Source: Octopus sinensis (taxonomy: Eukaryota). Taken from it: DNA of 64,000 bases. Position numbers and translations under genes: made by a program. Numbering within the stretch: position 1 is the first letter of the stretch; every line of letters starts with the position of its first letter. The notes under the pieces are model-generated. The model saw nothing but the letters and a program-made list of their open reading frames with translations. It was not told where the DNA came from and did not search any database. Positions 1 through 11,870 of this stretch are shown here, one piece after another. The stretch covers positions 4,588,001 to 4,652,000 of the forward strand of contig NC_043006.1 of assembly GCF_006345805.1 (NCBI RefSeq), in the 5' to 3' direction.

Positions 1-380
1 TACACACACACATACATAGATACATACACACACACATACATACATACACACACATCTTATACACCACACACACACACATAGATACATACACACACACACA
101 TACATGCAGACATACATATACACATACACCGAGTAAAAAATTACACTGAATCGACCATACATACACTACATAGATACATAACATACACACACACATACAT
201 GCAGACTACATATACACACATACACCGAGTAAAAAATTACGATGAATCGGCCATACATACATACTACACACACACATACTTACATACACCATACTTACCA
301 CACACACACATACATAGATACATACACACACACACACACACATACATGCATACATACATATACACATACACCGAGTAAAA
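1..380. repeat. Compound (CA)n/(TACA)n microsatellite with higher-order unit marked by CACCGAGTAAAA
   Basis: Marker motif occurs three times (near 128, 223, 369). Confidence 0.85.
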
Positions 381-631
381 TTTCAGTTATCTCTCTCTTT
401 CACACATTACTCTCTCTGTCTCTTCGCACACACTAACAGAAGCACTTCACTTACACAACATACTGTCTGTCTCCCACACCCCATCAAACACACACAGGCC
501 GATTTCAAAGAGAAACCTTCTCGTCATAAAATCGCTTCCTCTTAGTCTCTTTCGCTCTCATTACTTATGTAAAAAAATAAAAGTTTTTTACGGAAATCGA
601 CGGAAATCTGTGCTACGACATGCGAAACTTC

Positions 632-664
<33 letters not shown>

Positions 665-666
<2 letters not shown>

Positions 667-896
667 CGGAGATGTACTCGCATAGCAAGTAATTTGATCT
701 GAGATCGTGTGCTGAAACGAAAACAATTGCAGCGTGGAAGGTGTTTATAAGCCATTTAAGAAACACACAAAAGCCGTTCGATTCACTTCAACATTTAAGT
801 TTAATTTGTCATTAAACTTAAATGTTGAAGTGAATCGAACGGCTTTTGTGTGTTTCTTAAATGGCTTATAAACACCTTCCTCGCTGCAATTGTTTT
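665..896. mobile_element. Fold-back element, same family as 52113-52413, truncated before the ribozyme motif
   Basis: Inverted arms 720-805 / 811-896; left extension TACGGAGATGTACT shared with 52113; flanked by (TA)n. Confidence 0.8.
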
Positions 897-917
897 TATA
901 TATATATATATATATAT

Positions 918-955
<38 letters not shown>

Positions 956-1772
956 TGTGTGTGTGTGTGTGTGTTTGTATGTCTGTTTGTCCCCCTAGCA
1001 TTGCTTGACAACCGATGCTGGTGTGTTTACGTCCCCGTTACTTAGCGGTTCGGCAAAAAGAGACCGATAGAATAAGTACTGGGCTTACAAAGAATAAGTC
1101 CCGGGGTCGATTTGCTTGACTAAAGGCGGTGCTCCAGCATGGCCGCAGTCAAATGACTGAAACAAGTAAAAGAGTTACAAAGAAATTGTTTTAAAACTCT
1201 GCCGGTCAAAGTGAAAAGATCCGTCTTGAATTATCGAAACGAAAAAGTAAATGCTTCAAAAAAATATTTTTATTAATATTTAGCAGACGCAACAGAGTGA
1301 CTCAAGGGCCGAGAGTTTCGTGCTTAAAATGGTCTTCATTTAGGTAACTAAGGTATCCATGGATAATAAAAGAGTTATTACAATCGCAAAATCTGTGGAT
1401 GTGTTAAGAAGTTTGCTTCCCAACCACATTGCCCCCTGTTCTGTGGCACCTTGGACAAGTGTCTTCTACCATAGCCTCCAACCGACTAAAGCCTTGTGGG
1501 TGGATTTGGTAGATGGAAACTAAAAGAATCCCGTCGTGTGTCTTTGTGTCTGTGTTTGTCCCCCACTATCGCTTGACAACCGATATTGGTGTGTTTACGT
1601 CCTCGTAACTTAGCGGTTCTGCAAAAGTGACTGATAGAATAAGTATCCAGCTTAAAAAAACAAAAACAAAAAAAGAACAGCTCTGCAGTCGATTCATTTG
1701 ACTAAAAGCTCCTCAAGGTAGCCCCCCCCCCCCAGAATGGCCGCAGTCTAATGACTGAAATAAGTAAAAGAT

Positions 1773-1805
<33 letters not shown>

Positions 1806-2285
1806 ACTGAAATTATCTTTTTTTCATATTTTTGCCCCAAACTTTTCGGAGATGTAAGGCCATATTGATCAAGTCCTCCGGACATGAAATTGGAAGCATC
1901 TTAGCCGACACAATATATATGATTGTGCAGGTGGCACGCTGTGCAGGTGGCACGTAAAAAGCACCCACTACACTCACGGAGTGGTTGGCGTTAGGAAGGG
2001 CATCCAGCTGTAGAAACATTGCCAGATTAGACTGGAGCCTGGTGCAGCCTTCTGGCTTCCCAGAACCCCGGTCGAACCGTCCAACCCATGCTAGCATGGA
2101 GAACGGACGTTAAACGACGATGATGATGATAAACATTGTTTAGATTTGCCATTTAATAGCGTATTTTATATATATATATATATATATAACAAGTGTATAC
2201 TTTATAATCATTGTTCATACGTGCTGGTTATCAAGATTAATTGAAGTTACATAATCGCTATTTTATAATATATTTTATAATTGAA

Positions 2286-2680
2286 CTAGCAGTATCGCCC
2301 GGCGTTGCTCGGGTTTGTAAGGGAAATAACTATATAAGCATTTTTAGAGATGTAAAGTATAATAGCCATCTCAATATGGCTAACCACAAAGGGGGGATGT
2401 TACTGTAGCTTTTTACGTTCTGAGATTTAATAATACATTTTTAGAGAGTTACTTCCCTTATATAATAGCAAAAAAGTGCATTAAAAATGGGAAAAAATGA
2501 TGGTAAATTTTTTTTTAATCGTAGACTCATCGTAGACGCGCGCTCATACCCAGAAGGGCTCGATATGAATCATGACTATAAGATACCCGGTTTTGGTTAC
2601 ACTGCACCGCAAAATGTGGGGGTAGTTAGGAATCTAAATCGTAGGAGACAGACACACAACTTTACTTTTATATATAAAGA
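2286..2680 (-). mobile_element. Non-autonomous Helitron
   Basis: On the minus strand A|TC...CTAG|T with subterminal hairpin CCCGAGCAACGCCGGG; no TSD; near-identical copies at 33500 and 59663. Confidence 0.85.
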
Positions 2681-2916
2681 TACATTTTGCGTCAGCTGCT
2701 AAGACGCTTCCATGTGTAAACCATGCTTAAAGATATTGTGTCAATTCTGACGCTTATAGTCTCTAACTTTCGTTTTGTACCGGAGGGGAAGGTCGGCAGT
2801 GTTGGGCTTCCATTGCGAATGTGCCCAACTAATCTACCAATATATATATGTATCATCATCATTTAGCATCCGTTTTTCCGTGCTGGTATGAGTTAGACAA
2901 TTTGACTGGAACTGGT

Positions 2917-3156
2917 GGTACTACTTTAGAACAGTGGTCCCGGTGCGCGCACTCACGTACTCGCGCATCGGCGCTAGCTAGTCATGACTAGTCGATCCTT
3001 ACTTTGTGTTTTTGTGTGTTATTTACTTTGTGTAAAAATTATTTACTTTGTGTTTTATTTACTTTTCTAGGTAGTCGTTGTAGGATCGACTAGTCACGAC
3101 TAGCTAGCGTGGATGCGCGAATGCGCGCACAGGGACCACTGTTCTCAAGTAGTACC
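2917..3156. mobile_element. MITE with long TIRs and 8-bp TSD, Merlin-like
   Basis: TIRs GGTACTACTT.AGAACAGTGGTCCC... / ...GGGACCACTGTTCT.AAGTAGTACC; TSD GAACTGGT at 2909-2916 and 3157-3164; inserted in an RTE 3' fragment. Confidence 0.85.
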
Positions 3157-3440
3157 GAACTGGTGATCTGGAAAAATGCACCCAGGCTCCAATCAGATTT
3201 AGCTTGGTTTCTACGGCTGGATGCTCTTCCTGACGCCAACTACTCTATAGAGTGTGCACCAGTACCTGTAATGGTAGTTGTAATGATATGCAATGGCTGT
3301 CGTCACATCAGAAGGAAGTAATTCTTTCAAGTCAAGGGTGACCAGTTGGAATGGTATTGTTATCCGTTGTAGTTGAGGGTTGCCATTTGTAACGGTATGT
3401 GTAAGGCGGAGTCAGCCGTAACGGTAAATGTAATGATATT

Positions 3441-3992
3441 TGTTGTAGCTGGAAGTTACCAATTATAGCGAGTGATGATGATGCAAGGGGAAAGAACAGT
3501 GATTGAAGTTGTAAACAAACAATTATTTACTGTTACTTTATATATAGCCAAAACCAAGATGGGTTGGTATGTGTAATTCGTAAAGCACGCAAGGTAAAGA
3601 CAGATATCATAGATTTTCCTTGTATAGTTTGTGTTTGTGTTTTCGTCATTGTGTAGTAGTAAACCACAGATAATGATAGGGTAATGCTGCAGAGAAGAGA
3701 AAGTGAGCTAATGAAAGGTAGAGAATCGAGGGAAGCTGTGTGTCTCTTAGTGGCTGATTGTTTTCTTTCTTCCTCTGGCCGTTTGTGTCAAGTGGCTGTC
3801 TGCCTGTGGCCATCTCCAGTTGCCTCCATTCACCATCTGATTTTGGCTTAAGTGTTCTAGTATTTATAACTATCCAAAACTAGTTATAAAAAAATAGGTG
3901 TATTGCAGACAACAATAGATTTTGTTGGGAGTTGACCTGTTATCTCAATTCTAACTTTTCATGGCCTAATAGTCTGACAGAGGGTTACAACA
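3441..3992 (-). mobile_element. Possible solo LTR
   Basis: Bounded by TGTTGTA...TACAACA; TATAAATA on the minus strand at 3861-3868; no TSD or PBS seen. Confidence 0.4.
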
Positions 3993-4560
3993 AAAAAGTT
4001 TGCTTTCCAGCAACATGGTTACACTTGATGGCTGGTCTGCAACAGCATAAACTTATCATGTGGAAGCACCAACTATTTGGTGCATTTATGAACACACAAA
4101 CACACACACACCTCCCCTCCTCCTCCCTCTTTTCATTTCACTCACTCACTCACATTTTCAGATCTACAATTTTTAAACTCATCATCATCATCATCGTCAT
4201 TTAACGTCCGCTTTCCATACTAGCATGGGTTGGACGATTTGATTGAGGGCTGGCGAACCAGATGGCTGCACTAGGCTGCAATCTGGATCTGGCAGAGTTT
4301 CTGCAGCTGGATGCCCTTCCTAATGCCAACCACTCTGAGAGTGTAGTGGGTGCTTTTACGTGCCACCGGCACGAGGACCAGTCAGGCGGTACTGGCAACG
4401 GCCACGCTCAAATTGTGAATTTTACATACCACCTGCACAGGTGCCAGTCCAGCGGCACTGGCGACGACCTAGAAATGTAATGTTTATATAAGGCTTCCTT
4501 TTTATGTGTTCTTATGTTTAAAAGATAATGTAATTAAGAGATTTTCTTTTTCGTTTTCAG

Positions 4561-4685
4561 GTTCAAGGGACGAATGACTGCAGCATTGTCAGCAAATCTT
4601 CTATGGTGAAATATGGCTATTTCCAAGATAAGTTTTTATCATATTTTGTGGCAAAGGAATCAAGAAGATCCCCACTGATTCATCG
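4561..4685 (+). CDS. LCMT2: LCMT2/TYW4 coding exon (first one identified; ATG exon not found)
   Basis: ttttcag acceptor; translates VQGTNDCSIVSKSSMVKYGYFQDKFLSYFVAKESRRSPLIHR, the LCM-family N-terminal motif; GT donor at 4686, phase 2. Confidence 0.93.
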
Positions 4686-5249
4686 GTAATTGAAAACTTA
4701 TGTTAAGTTGTAATTTTATTTTACAATAAGTAAAGTATAGTGTGGAACTGATGATGGACTTCATCATCATTATCATTTAACGTCCGCTTTCCATGCTAGC
4801 ATGGGTTGGACGATTTTGACTGAGGGCTGGTGAACCAGATAGCTGCACCAGTCTCCAGTCTTGATCTGGCAGAGTTTCTACAGCTGGATGCCCTTCCTAA
4901 CGCCAACCACTCCGAAAGTGTAGTGGGTGCTTTTTACGTGCCAGTCAGGCGGTACTGGCAACGACCTCGCGAAGGTTCTTGTGTTAAAAATTGTTGCAAG
5001 TTTTGCTGATGGCGGTGTCATTGTTTTTGTGTATTTTACTAAAGCAAGAGACCACTTGTGCTAAATGGAGGTAATTCAGTGGTAGATCTGGTTCCACTCT
5101 TACCAGTATGGAAAAATGGACAAAAGATGAAGATGATGATGATGGTGTACTGATGATAGTGATGGTGGATGATGATGTTTATCACAACAATTACTTTAGC
5201 TCCTCATTTTGGTTAAAGCCTTTATATCATTTCACAACTTTTCACAATA

Positions 5250-5630
5250 GGCGCAGGAATGGCTGTGTGGTAAGTAGCTTGCTTATGAACCACATGGTTC
5301 TGGGTTCAGTCCCACTGCATGGCACCTTGGGCAAGTGTTTTTTACTATAGCCTCGGGCTGACCAAAGCCTTGTGAGTGGTTTTGGTAGACGGAAACTGAA
5401 AGAAGCCCATCGCATATATAAATATATATATATATATTTATATATGTGTGTGTATGTATGTATGTATATGTTTGTGTGTCTATGTTTGTCCCCGTAACTT
5501 AGCGGTTCGGCAAGAGAGACCGATAGAATAAGTATTAGGCTTACAAAGAATAAGTTTTGGAGTCAATTTGCTCGACTAAAGGCAGTGCTCCAGCATGGCT
5601 GCAGTCAAATGACTGAAACAAATAAAAGAA
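5250..5630 (+). mobile_element. tRNA-derived SINE family A (CORE-like body, TA/TG microsatellite spacer, GTAAAAGA-type tail)
   Basis: A/B-box-like head GGCTGTGTGG...GGTTCAGTCCC, CCTTGGGCAAGT body; many copies in window (partial or degenerate near 975, 1400, 5785, 12817, 30316, 40990, 61205). Confidence 0.88.
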
Positions 5631-5971
5631 TTAAAGAAAAAAAAACTGAAGTAACTTATAGGGATTATTATAATATATATGTGTGTGTGTGTGTGTAAGA
5701 AAAAAGATTACGCAGGAATAACTGATTATCCTATGAACTTCACATGTGGTGGACTCAATAGTTGCGTACCTGTCATGTGGTGATAAGGGACAAACACAAA
5801 CACAAAGATACACTCCCATAGATATATGCACACACACACACACACACACACATTATATATACGACAGCTTTCTTCAGTTTCTGTCTACCAAATCAATTTG
5901 CAGTAGGATTGAACTTGGAACCATGTGATTGGGAAGCAAAGTTCTTATCCTACAGCCAACTCTTTTTTTTT

Positions 5972-6184
5972 TTTATCTTTTACTCTTTTACTTGTTTCAG
6001 TCATTTGACTGCGGCCATGATGGAGCACTGCCTTTAATCGAGCAACTCGACCCCGGGACTTATTCTTTTGTAAGCCCAGTACTTATTCTATCGGTCTCTT
6101 TTGCCGAACTGCTAAGTAACGGGGACATAAACACACCAGCATCGGTTGTCAAGCAATGCTAGGGGGACAAACACAGAAACACAA

Positions 6185-6221
<37 letters not shown>

Positions 6222-6393
6222 CATATATACGACAGGCTGCTTTCAGTTTCCGTCTACCAAATCCACTCACAAGGCATTGGTCGGCCCGAGGCTATAGTAG
6301 AAGACACTTGCCCAAGGTGCCACGCAGTGGGACTGAACTCGGAACCATGTGGTTGGTTAGCAAGCTACTTACCACACAGCCACTCCTGCGCCT
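5972..6393 (-). mobile_element. tRNA-derived SINE family A, full length
   Basis: Reverse complement of the copy at 6651-7076. Confidence 0.9.
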
Positions 6394-6469
6394 ATTATAA
6401 GATTTTCAATTAAAATTTCCTCTTCTCTGAATTGCATTAAATCTGCTCCATTTTCTTGTTTTCCTGCAG

Positions 6470-6554
6470 AGGATACTACATCAGATCATACGCCATTGAC
6501 TATTTTCTAAAATTGTTCCTCAGAGCATCAAATGAAATATCTGAAAAGAGACAG
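6470..6554 (+). CDS. LCMT2: LCMT2/TYW4 coding exon
   Basis: cctgcag acceptor; (R)GYYIRSYAIDYFLKLFLRASNEISEKRQ completes the RGYY motif; donor gttcgt, phase 0. Confidence 0.93.
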
Positions 6555-6650
6555 GTTCGTTGAACAGCATCGTTATTTACCATCTCGTATGACTTATTCT
6601 TGTTCATTTTGTAGCTCGTTGTTCATTTTATAAAAAATAGATTTAGTTAT

Positions 6651-6818
6651 GGGTGCAGGAGTGGCTGTGTGGTAAGTAGCTTGCTTACCAACCACACGGT
6701 TCCGGGTTCAGTCCCACTGCGTGGCATCTTGGGCAAGTGTCTTCTGCTATAGCCCCGGGTTGACCAATGCCTTGTGAGTGGATTTGGTAGACGGAAACTG
6801 AAAGAAGCCCATCGTATG

Positions 6819-6865
<47 letters not shown>

Positions 6866-7076
6866 TTGTTTGTCTGTGTTTGTCCCCCCACCATCGCTTG
6901 ACAACCGATGCTGGTGTGTTTACGTCCCCATCACTTAGCGGTTCGGCAAAAAGAGACCGATAGATTAAGTACTGGGCTTACAAAGAATAAGTGTTGGGGT
7001 CGATTTGCTCGACTAAAGGCGGTGCTCCAGCATGGCCGCAGTCAAATGACTGAAACAAGTAAAAGAGTAAAGAGAG
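6651..7076 (+). mobile_element. tRNA-derived SINE family A, full length
   Basis: Head GGTGCAGGAGTGGCTGTGTGGTAAG to tail GTAAAAGAGTAAAGAG. Confidence 0.9.
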
Positions 7077-7393
7077 TTAATGACTTTTTTTTCTAGTGCT
7101 TTGAAATATCTCTCTCTTTGATCAGATTATTAAAATCTTAAGTAAATGGTGTTTTAATTTTGACAGTTTTGTCAATCTTAAAATAAGGAGTAAATAGTTT
7201 CTGTGGTTACAGTTTTCATTAGGTCATCATCATTAAGACAATATGATTCTCCCTAGACACAACAAAATATGTATATATTTTCCTGAAAGTTTAAAACATA
7301 AAAAAATTTTGCTCATAATTTTTTTTAATAATAACCCATCCCTCCATCACACTTCAAACCACAGCATTATTCACTGAGCTGCTGTAATCATAA

Positions 7394-7934
7394 AAAAACG
7401 ATAAACGTTGCCCTTTTCAATCCCAGCCAGGCTCATGGGCCCGGTTTTCCGGTTTCTGTGGCGTATGTGTTCCCCCCAGCTGGACGGGACGCCAGTCCAT
7501 TGCAGTGTTACTCAAGAAACAGGAAGAGAGAGTGAGAGAAAGTTGGGGCAAAAGAGTACAACAGGTGTCTCTCCCCCCTGCTGGAGTCACATGGAGCTTT
7601 TAGGTGTTTTTGCTCAATAAACACACACAGCGCCCGGTCTGGGAATCGAAACCGTGATCCTCTGACCGCAAGTCCGCTGCCCTAACCACTGGACCATTGC
7701 GCCTCCACTAATAAATGCATCCTTTTAAAGCCTAGCCAGGCTCATGGGCCCGGTTTCCCCGGCGTACATGTTCCCCAGCTGGATGGGATGCCAGTCCATC
7801 GCAGCGTTACTCATTTTTGCCTGCTGAGTGGACTGGAGCAACATGAAATGAAGTGTTTTGCCCAAGAACACAGCACGTCGCCCGGTGCAGGAATCGAAAC
7901 CGCAATCTTACAATCACTAAGCCACGCACCTCCA
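7394..7934 (-). mobile_element. Two tandem tRNA-derived SINEs (family C, V-domain-like body) within one TSD
   Basis: Two heads GGAGG(C/T)GC...GGTTTCGATTCC on the minus strand; body GATGGACTGGCGTCCC-like; 15-bp direct repeat CTGCTGTAATCATAA at 7379-7393 and 7935-7949; relatives near 24020, 26040, 37965, 54800. Confidence 0.8.
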
Positions 7935-8155
7935 CTGCTGTAATCATAAGAGAACAAAACTTCAGGAAAATCAATTATGACTAATTTATCTTATTTGGTT
8001 TAAATATTGTTTGAATGGTTTTGTAAATATGAATTGGTATTTCTGAATAAAAAGACTTTGTGCTAATAATAATAATAATGCTAATGACTGCAAATGTATT
8101 TGCATGTGTAGTAATGAAATTATACTTGTCTTAGTTTGAATTTTTATTGTTTCAG

Positions 8156-8239
8156 ATCATTTCTCTTGGTGCTGGGTTTGATTCTGCTTATTTCCGGCTC
8201 AAATCTCAGGGACTCTTGGAGAACTGTGTCTTTTATGAG
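8156..8239 (+). CDS. LCMT2: LCMT2/TYW4 coding exon (SAM-binding motif I)
   Basis: IISLGAGFDSAYFRLKSQGLLENCVFYE; tttcag acceptor, gtaagg donor. Confidence 0.95.
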
Positions 8240-8415
8240 GTAAGGTTTAGAAATTGGTTCAGAATGTACAACTTTTATTTTTGCTATTGATCGAGTGATT
8301 CCAATATATGATTCCATTACATTTTAGATCAGTTTTCATTAATAAATCAGAAAATTGCCTCTTTATATTTTGTGTTATTTCACGAGAATTTGGTTGGAAT
8401 TTATATAGTTGTAGA

Positions 8416-8862
8416 GACTGGCATCCGGCGCTAAGAGTACCATACGAGTGAGATCGTTGCCAGAGCAACAAGCTGGCCTTCGTGTCGATGGCACGTTAAA
8501 CACACCATTTGAGCGTGATCGTTACCGCGTCGCCTTACTAGCACTTGTGCTGGTGGCACGTGAAACATTTGAGCGAGGTCGTCGCCAGTGCCGCTGGACT
8601 GGTTCCTGTGTGTGCAGGTGGCACATAAAAAGCACCATTTGGGCATGGCTGTTACCAGTACCGCTTGACTGGCCCTCGTGCCAGTGGCATATAAAAGCAC
8701 TCACTACACTCTCGGAATGGTTGGCGTTAAGAAGGGCATCCAGCTGTAGAAACTCTGCCAAATCAAGATTGGAGCCTGGTGCAGCCATCTGGTTCACCAG
8801 ACCTCTGTCAAATCGTCCAACCCATGCTAGCATGGAAAGCGGACGTTAAAGGATGATGATGT
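8416..8862 (+). mobile_element. 5'-truncated RTE-type LINE 3' UTR with tandem ~65-bp units and (GAT)n tail; representative of about 35 pieces
   Basis: Units ending GTGCCGGTGGCACGTAAAA-like, conserved GGTTGGCGTTAGGAAGGGCATCCAGC, tail GTTAAA..GATGATGAT; other copies e.g. 1925, 4180, 4762, 9008, 12035, 14420, 14818, 21001, 29716, 40820, 49822, 51317, 53585, 57758, 62325. Confidence 0.82.
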
Positions 8863-9514
8863 TGTTATTTTTAAAACATTCAAAGGGATATTGAGGGAGT
8901 ATTTACTCTTTGATATTCAGATTACTCTGCCAAATGCAATGCTTATTTATTTACATTGTTTTGAAGTAATCATGCATTATCTCACAGCTTTGAGATTTTG
9001 ATTATTTCATCATCATCATCGTTTAAAGTCTGTTTTCCATGCTAGCATGGGTTTGACGGTTTGAATGGGGTCTGGGGAGCCAGGAGGCTGCACCAGGCTC
9101 CAGTCTGATCTGGCAGTGTTTCTACAGCTGGATGCCCTTCCTAACGCCAACCACTCCTTGAGTCTAGTGGGTGCTTTTTACATTCCACCAGCACAGGTGC
9201 CAGGAGAGGCTGGCAACAGCCACGATCGGTTGGTGCTTTTTATGAGCCACCGGCACGGAAGCCAGTCACGGCGGCGCTGGCATCGGCCACATTCAGATGG
9301 TGCTTTTTATGTGCCACCAGCACAGGTATCACAACTACAATTTCCATTTGATTTTTATTTGATGTTGATGAATTTGCATTTTCAAGTGTAATCTTTCTTT
9401 GGATCTAAGTTTCTTGGATATATTTGTAATTCTGTTTCAATGAAATGTTTGGGTAATTTTATAAATTTCTGTATTGGTTTCAATTTTTGAAGTTTAAAAC
9501 TCAATATATTTCAG

Positions 9515-9635
9515 GTGGACTTTTTGGATGTTGTCAAAAGGAAAGCTAACTCAATAAGACAAACTAAAGAATTAAAAGAACTACTCATAGAAGACTTTGA
9601 TGATAAAATCCACTCACCTGAATTGTCTTTGGTTG
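9515..9635 (+). CDS. LCMT2: LCMT2/TYW4 coding exon
   Basis: VDFLDVVKRKANSIRQTKELKELLIEDFDDKIHSPELSLV; tttcag acceptor, gtaag donor, phase 1. Confidence 0.92.
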
Positions 9636-10639
9636 GTAAGCTAATACTAATTCAATTTCAATATTTTAAACATTTTTAACCATAATTACTAAATAGAAAT
9701 GAATTTGTGTTCTGTTTTCAAATTTAATTTGCTTAATATTTGAGTTAACTAAAGAATAAATTTATTTGCTTGTTGAGTTATCAAAAACATTTTACTGATA
9801 GGAAATTATTTACTATTTAAAGTAAAAGGGAGTAAGAATTCATTACCATTTTGAAGAGAGAATCAGAGGCTTGGATAACACTGGGGTTCTGATTTTTTTG
9901 TGGTTGTTGGGATGGCATAATTCTATGGCTATATACTCTTTCTATCACCATAGACTGGGTGTATATTATTACATTCTCTACACCATACAGTTTGTCTGTG
10001 ACTGAACTAAAAGTTCCTTCCTAATCTATATTAGTTCTTATTACCCTTCACAGTCAGTTACATACAATTATCCATATTTCCTTCATTTGTTTCTTTTCTT
10101 TTAAAATGCTTTTTTTTTACAGCTAGATGCCACTCCTTCAGGTGCATTTTATTGTATTGTTGTACATTAGAAAGGTGTCTCTGTAACCTGTATATTTTTA
10201 TTCAGAGTTATTAACTTTTTAGACAGGCTGTTTGTGATGTGGCTTATAGAGTTCATTTCTTCTTTCTATGTTCCAGACATTCTCATGTTTTAACCAATTC
10301 CAACACTAAATTATAAAGATTAATGTTAAATGTTGATTTTATTTATACTATTCTTAAACATTCCTTTGCACTCAACAACTCACTCAAGTTGATATATTCA
10401 TCTCTTCTTTCTCCATTTTCTGCTAAGCAAAATTACATTTGTTACATTGTTTCTTAATTCTTCTTGTCTGTAGAAGGGGTGACTTTGGTAATAATGATAC
10501 AATCAATTCTCAAACCTTCCAGCAATTTTGAATTTTCTATATTCAGCTATCACTGCTTTTATGTCATTAATGTGTCAGAAATTATTTTTCATCGTTAGTG
10601 ATCAATTGGTGAACAATTACAATTTCAGGTGCATTTGTA

Positions 10640-11560
10640 TTGGGTCATCCCATAAATAATGTGGTTTTTTTCATCCTCCTTTTACTTTTCAAAATTAAGA
10701 TAAATGAAGTTCTTTTTCAATCTAAAATATACTCTCCTTCATTTTCTACAATGCTCTTCCATCTATCCGGTAGACTTGCAAGGCCCCTCTTCCAAAATTC
10801 ACTTGTCTAAATTCACTTGGCTGTGACGAAAAGTACTCCTCCAGTACTGTTCTGACCTCATCTACAGAAGGTTATCTGTGACTAGACTAAACCTTTCATA
10901 CCCCACCAAACAGATAACAACACCTTATGTGGGTGAAGACCTTCTGTAGCCTGGGGTGCCAGTGTTTCTCCTTTCCCTATCCAATGTACCTCCAGTACTG
11001 TTCTGACCTCATCTTTTCCATCCAAATGATTTTTGAAGACTGTGGAATAAATGATAATCAGATGAGGAAATGTCTGGCAAATATGGTGGTGGGGCATCAT
11101 TTCCCATTCAAACTGCTCCAACCTTTGGAATATCATCCTCACTGTATGTGGCCGAGCATTATCCTGAATGGAAGAACACCTTTTGTCTTAAAAATCAAAG
11201 ATAACCTTTTTTCTTCTAGCACTGACTTAAGCTGCTCAAGCTGCTCACAGATCTCCCTTGTTATTGTTTGGTTTGGGTTTCAAAGTTCAAAGTGGACCAA
11301 ACCTTTCATATCCCACCAAACAAGATCACAACACCTTATGTGGGTGAAGACCTTCTTCAGCCTGGAATACCAGTGTTTCTCCTTTCCCTACCCACCGTCT
11401 TCTGCACTTGACATTTTTATAGAGAACCCATTTCTCGTGACCAGTCACTATTCGGTCCAAAAAAGGTTCATTCATGAGATGTGATAGCAGAGAAGAGCAC
11501 ACATTCACTCTGTGTGTGTAATTAGACTTGGAAAATTTGTGAGGAACCCATTGACCCAAG
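10640..11560 (-). mobile_element. Decayed mariner transposon fragment with internal duplication
   Basis: WVPHKF...FLDRIVTGHEKWVLY...LHPHKVLLSVWW mariner motifs; TA followed by TIR-like TTGGGTCATCCCATAA at 10640; segment near 10890-10985 repeats 11300-11395. Confidence 0.88.
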
Positions 11561-11722
11561 TAAATTAAATGACAGAGAAACTTTATAAAATAAATCTGAT
11601 AATAATAGATTCAGTTAATCAGTTGTTGAGTCTGTGATGTAAATTGATGCAGTTGAATTATTGTTTGAGTTTTATTTAATTAAATGTCATTACACTGATT
11701 GTATTTTTATTATTGCTTTTAG

Positions 11723-11870
11723 AAATATATTCCAAGGATTATGTGTTGATTGGTGTCGACTTAACCCAGATCAAGCAGTTGGACCAAGTTCTACGTCTGT
11801 GCCACATCAACTATACGTGCTCTACATTGATACTTTCTGAATGTGTCCTCACCTACTTACCACCATCTTA
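11723..11870 (+). CDS. LCMT2: LCMT2/TYW4 coding exon
   Basis: EIYSKDYVLIGVDLTQIKQLDQVLRLCHINYTCSTLILSECVLTYLPPS (LCM TLxLSECVLxY motif); ttttag acceptor, gtaagt donor. Confidence 0.94.

Noticed and set aside
1329-1350. LCMT2 start exon at ATGGTCTTCATTTAG-gtaact
   Set aside because: In-frame TAG precedes the donor; no convincing ATG exon found in 1-4560.
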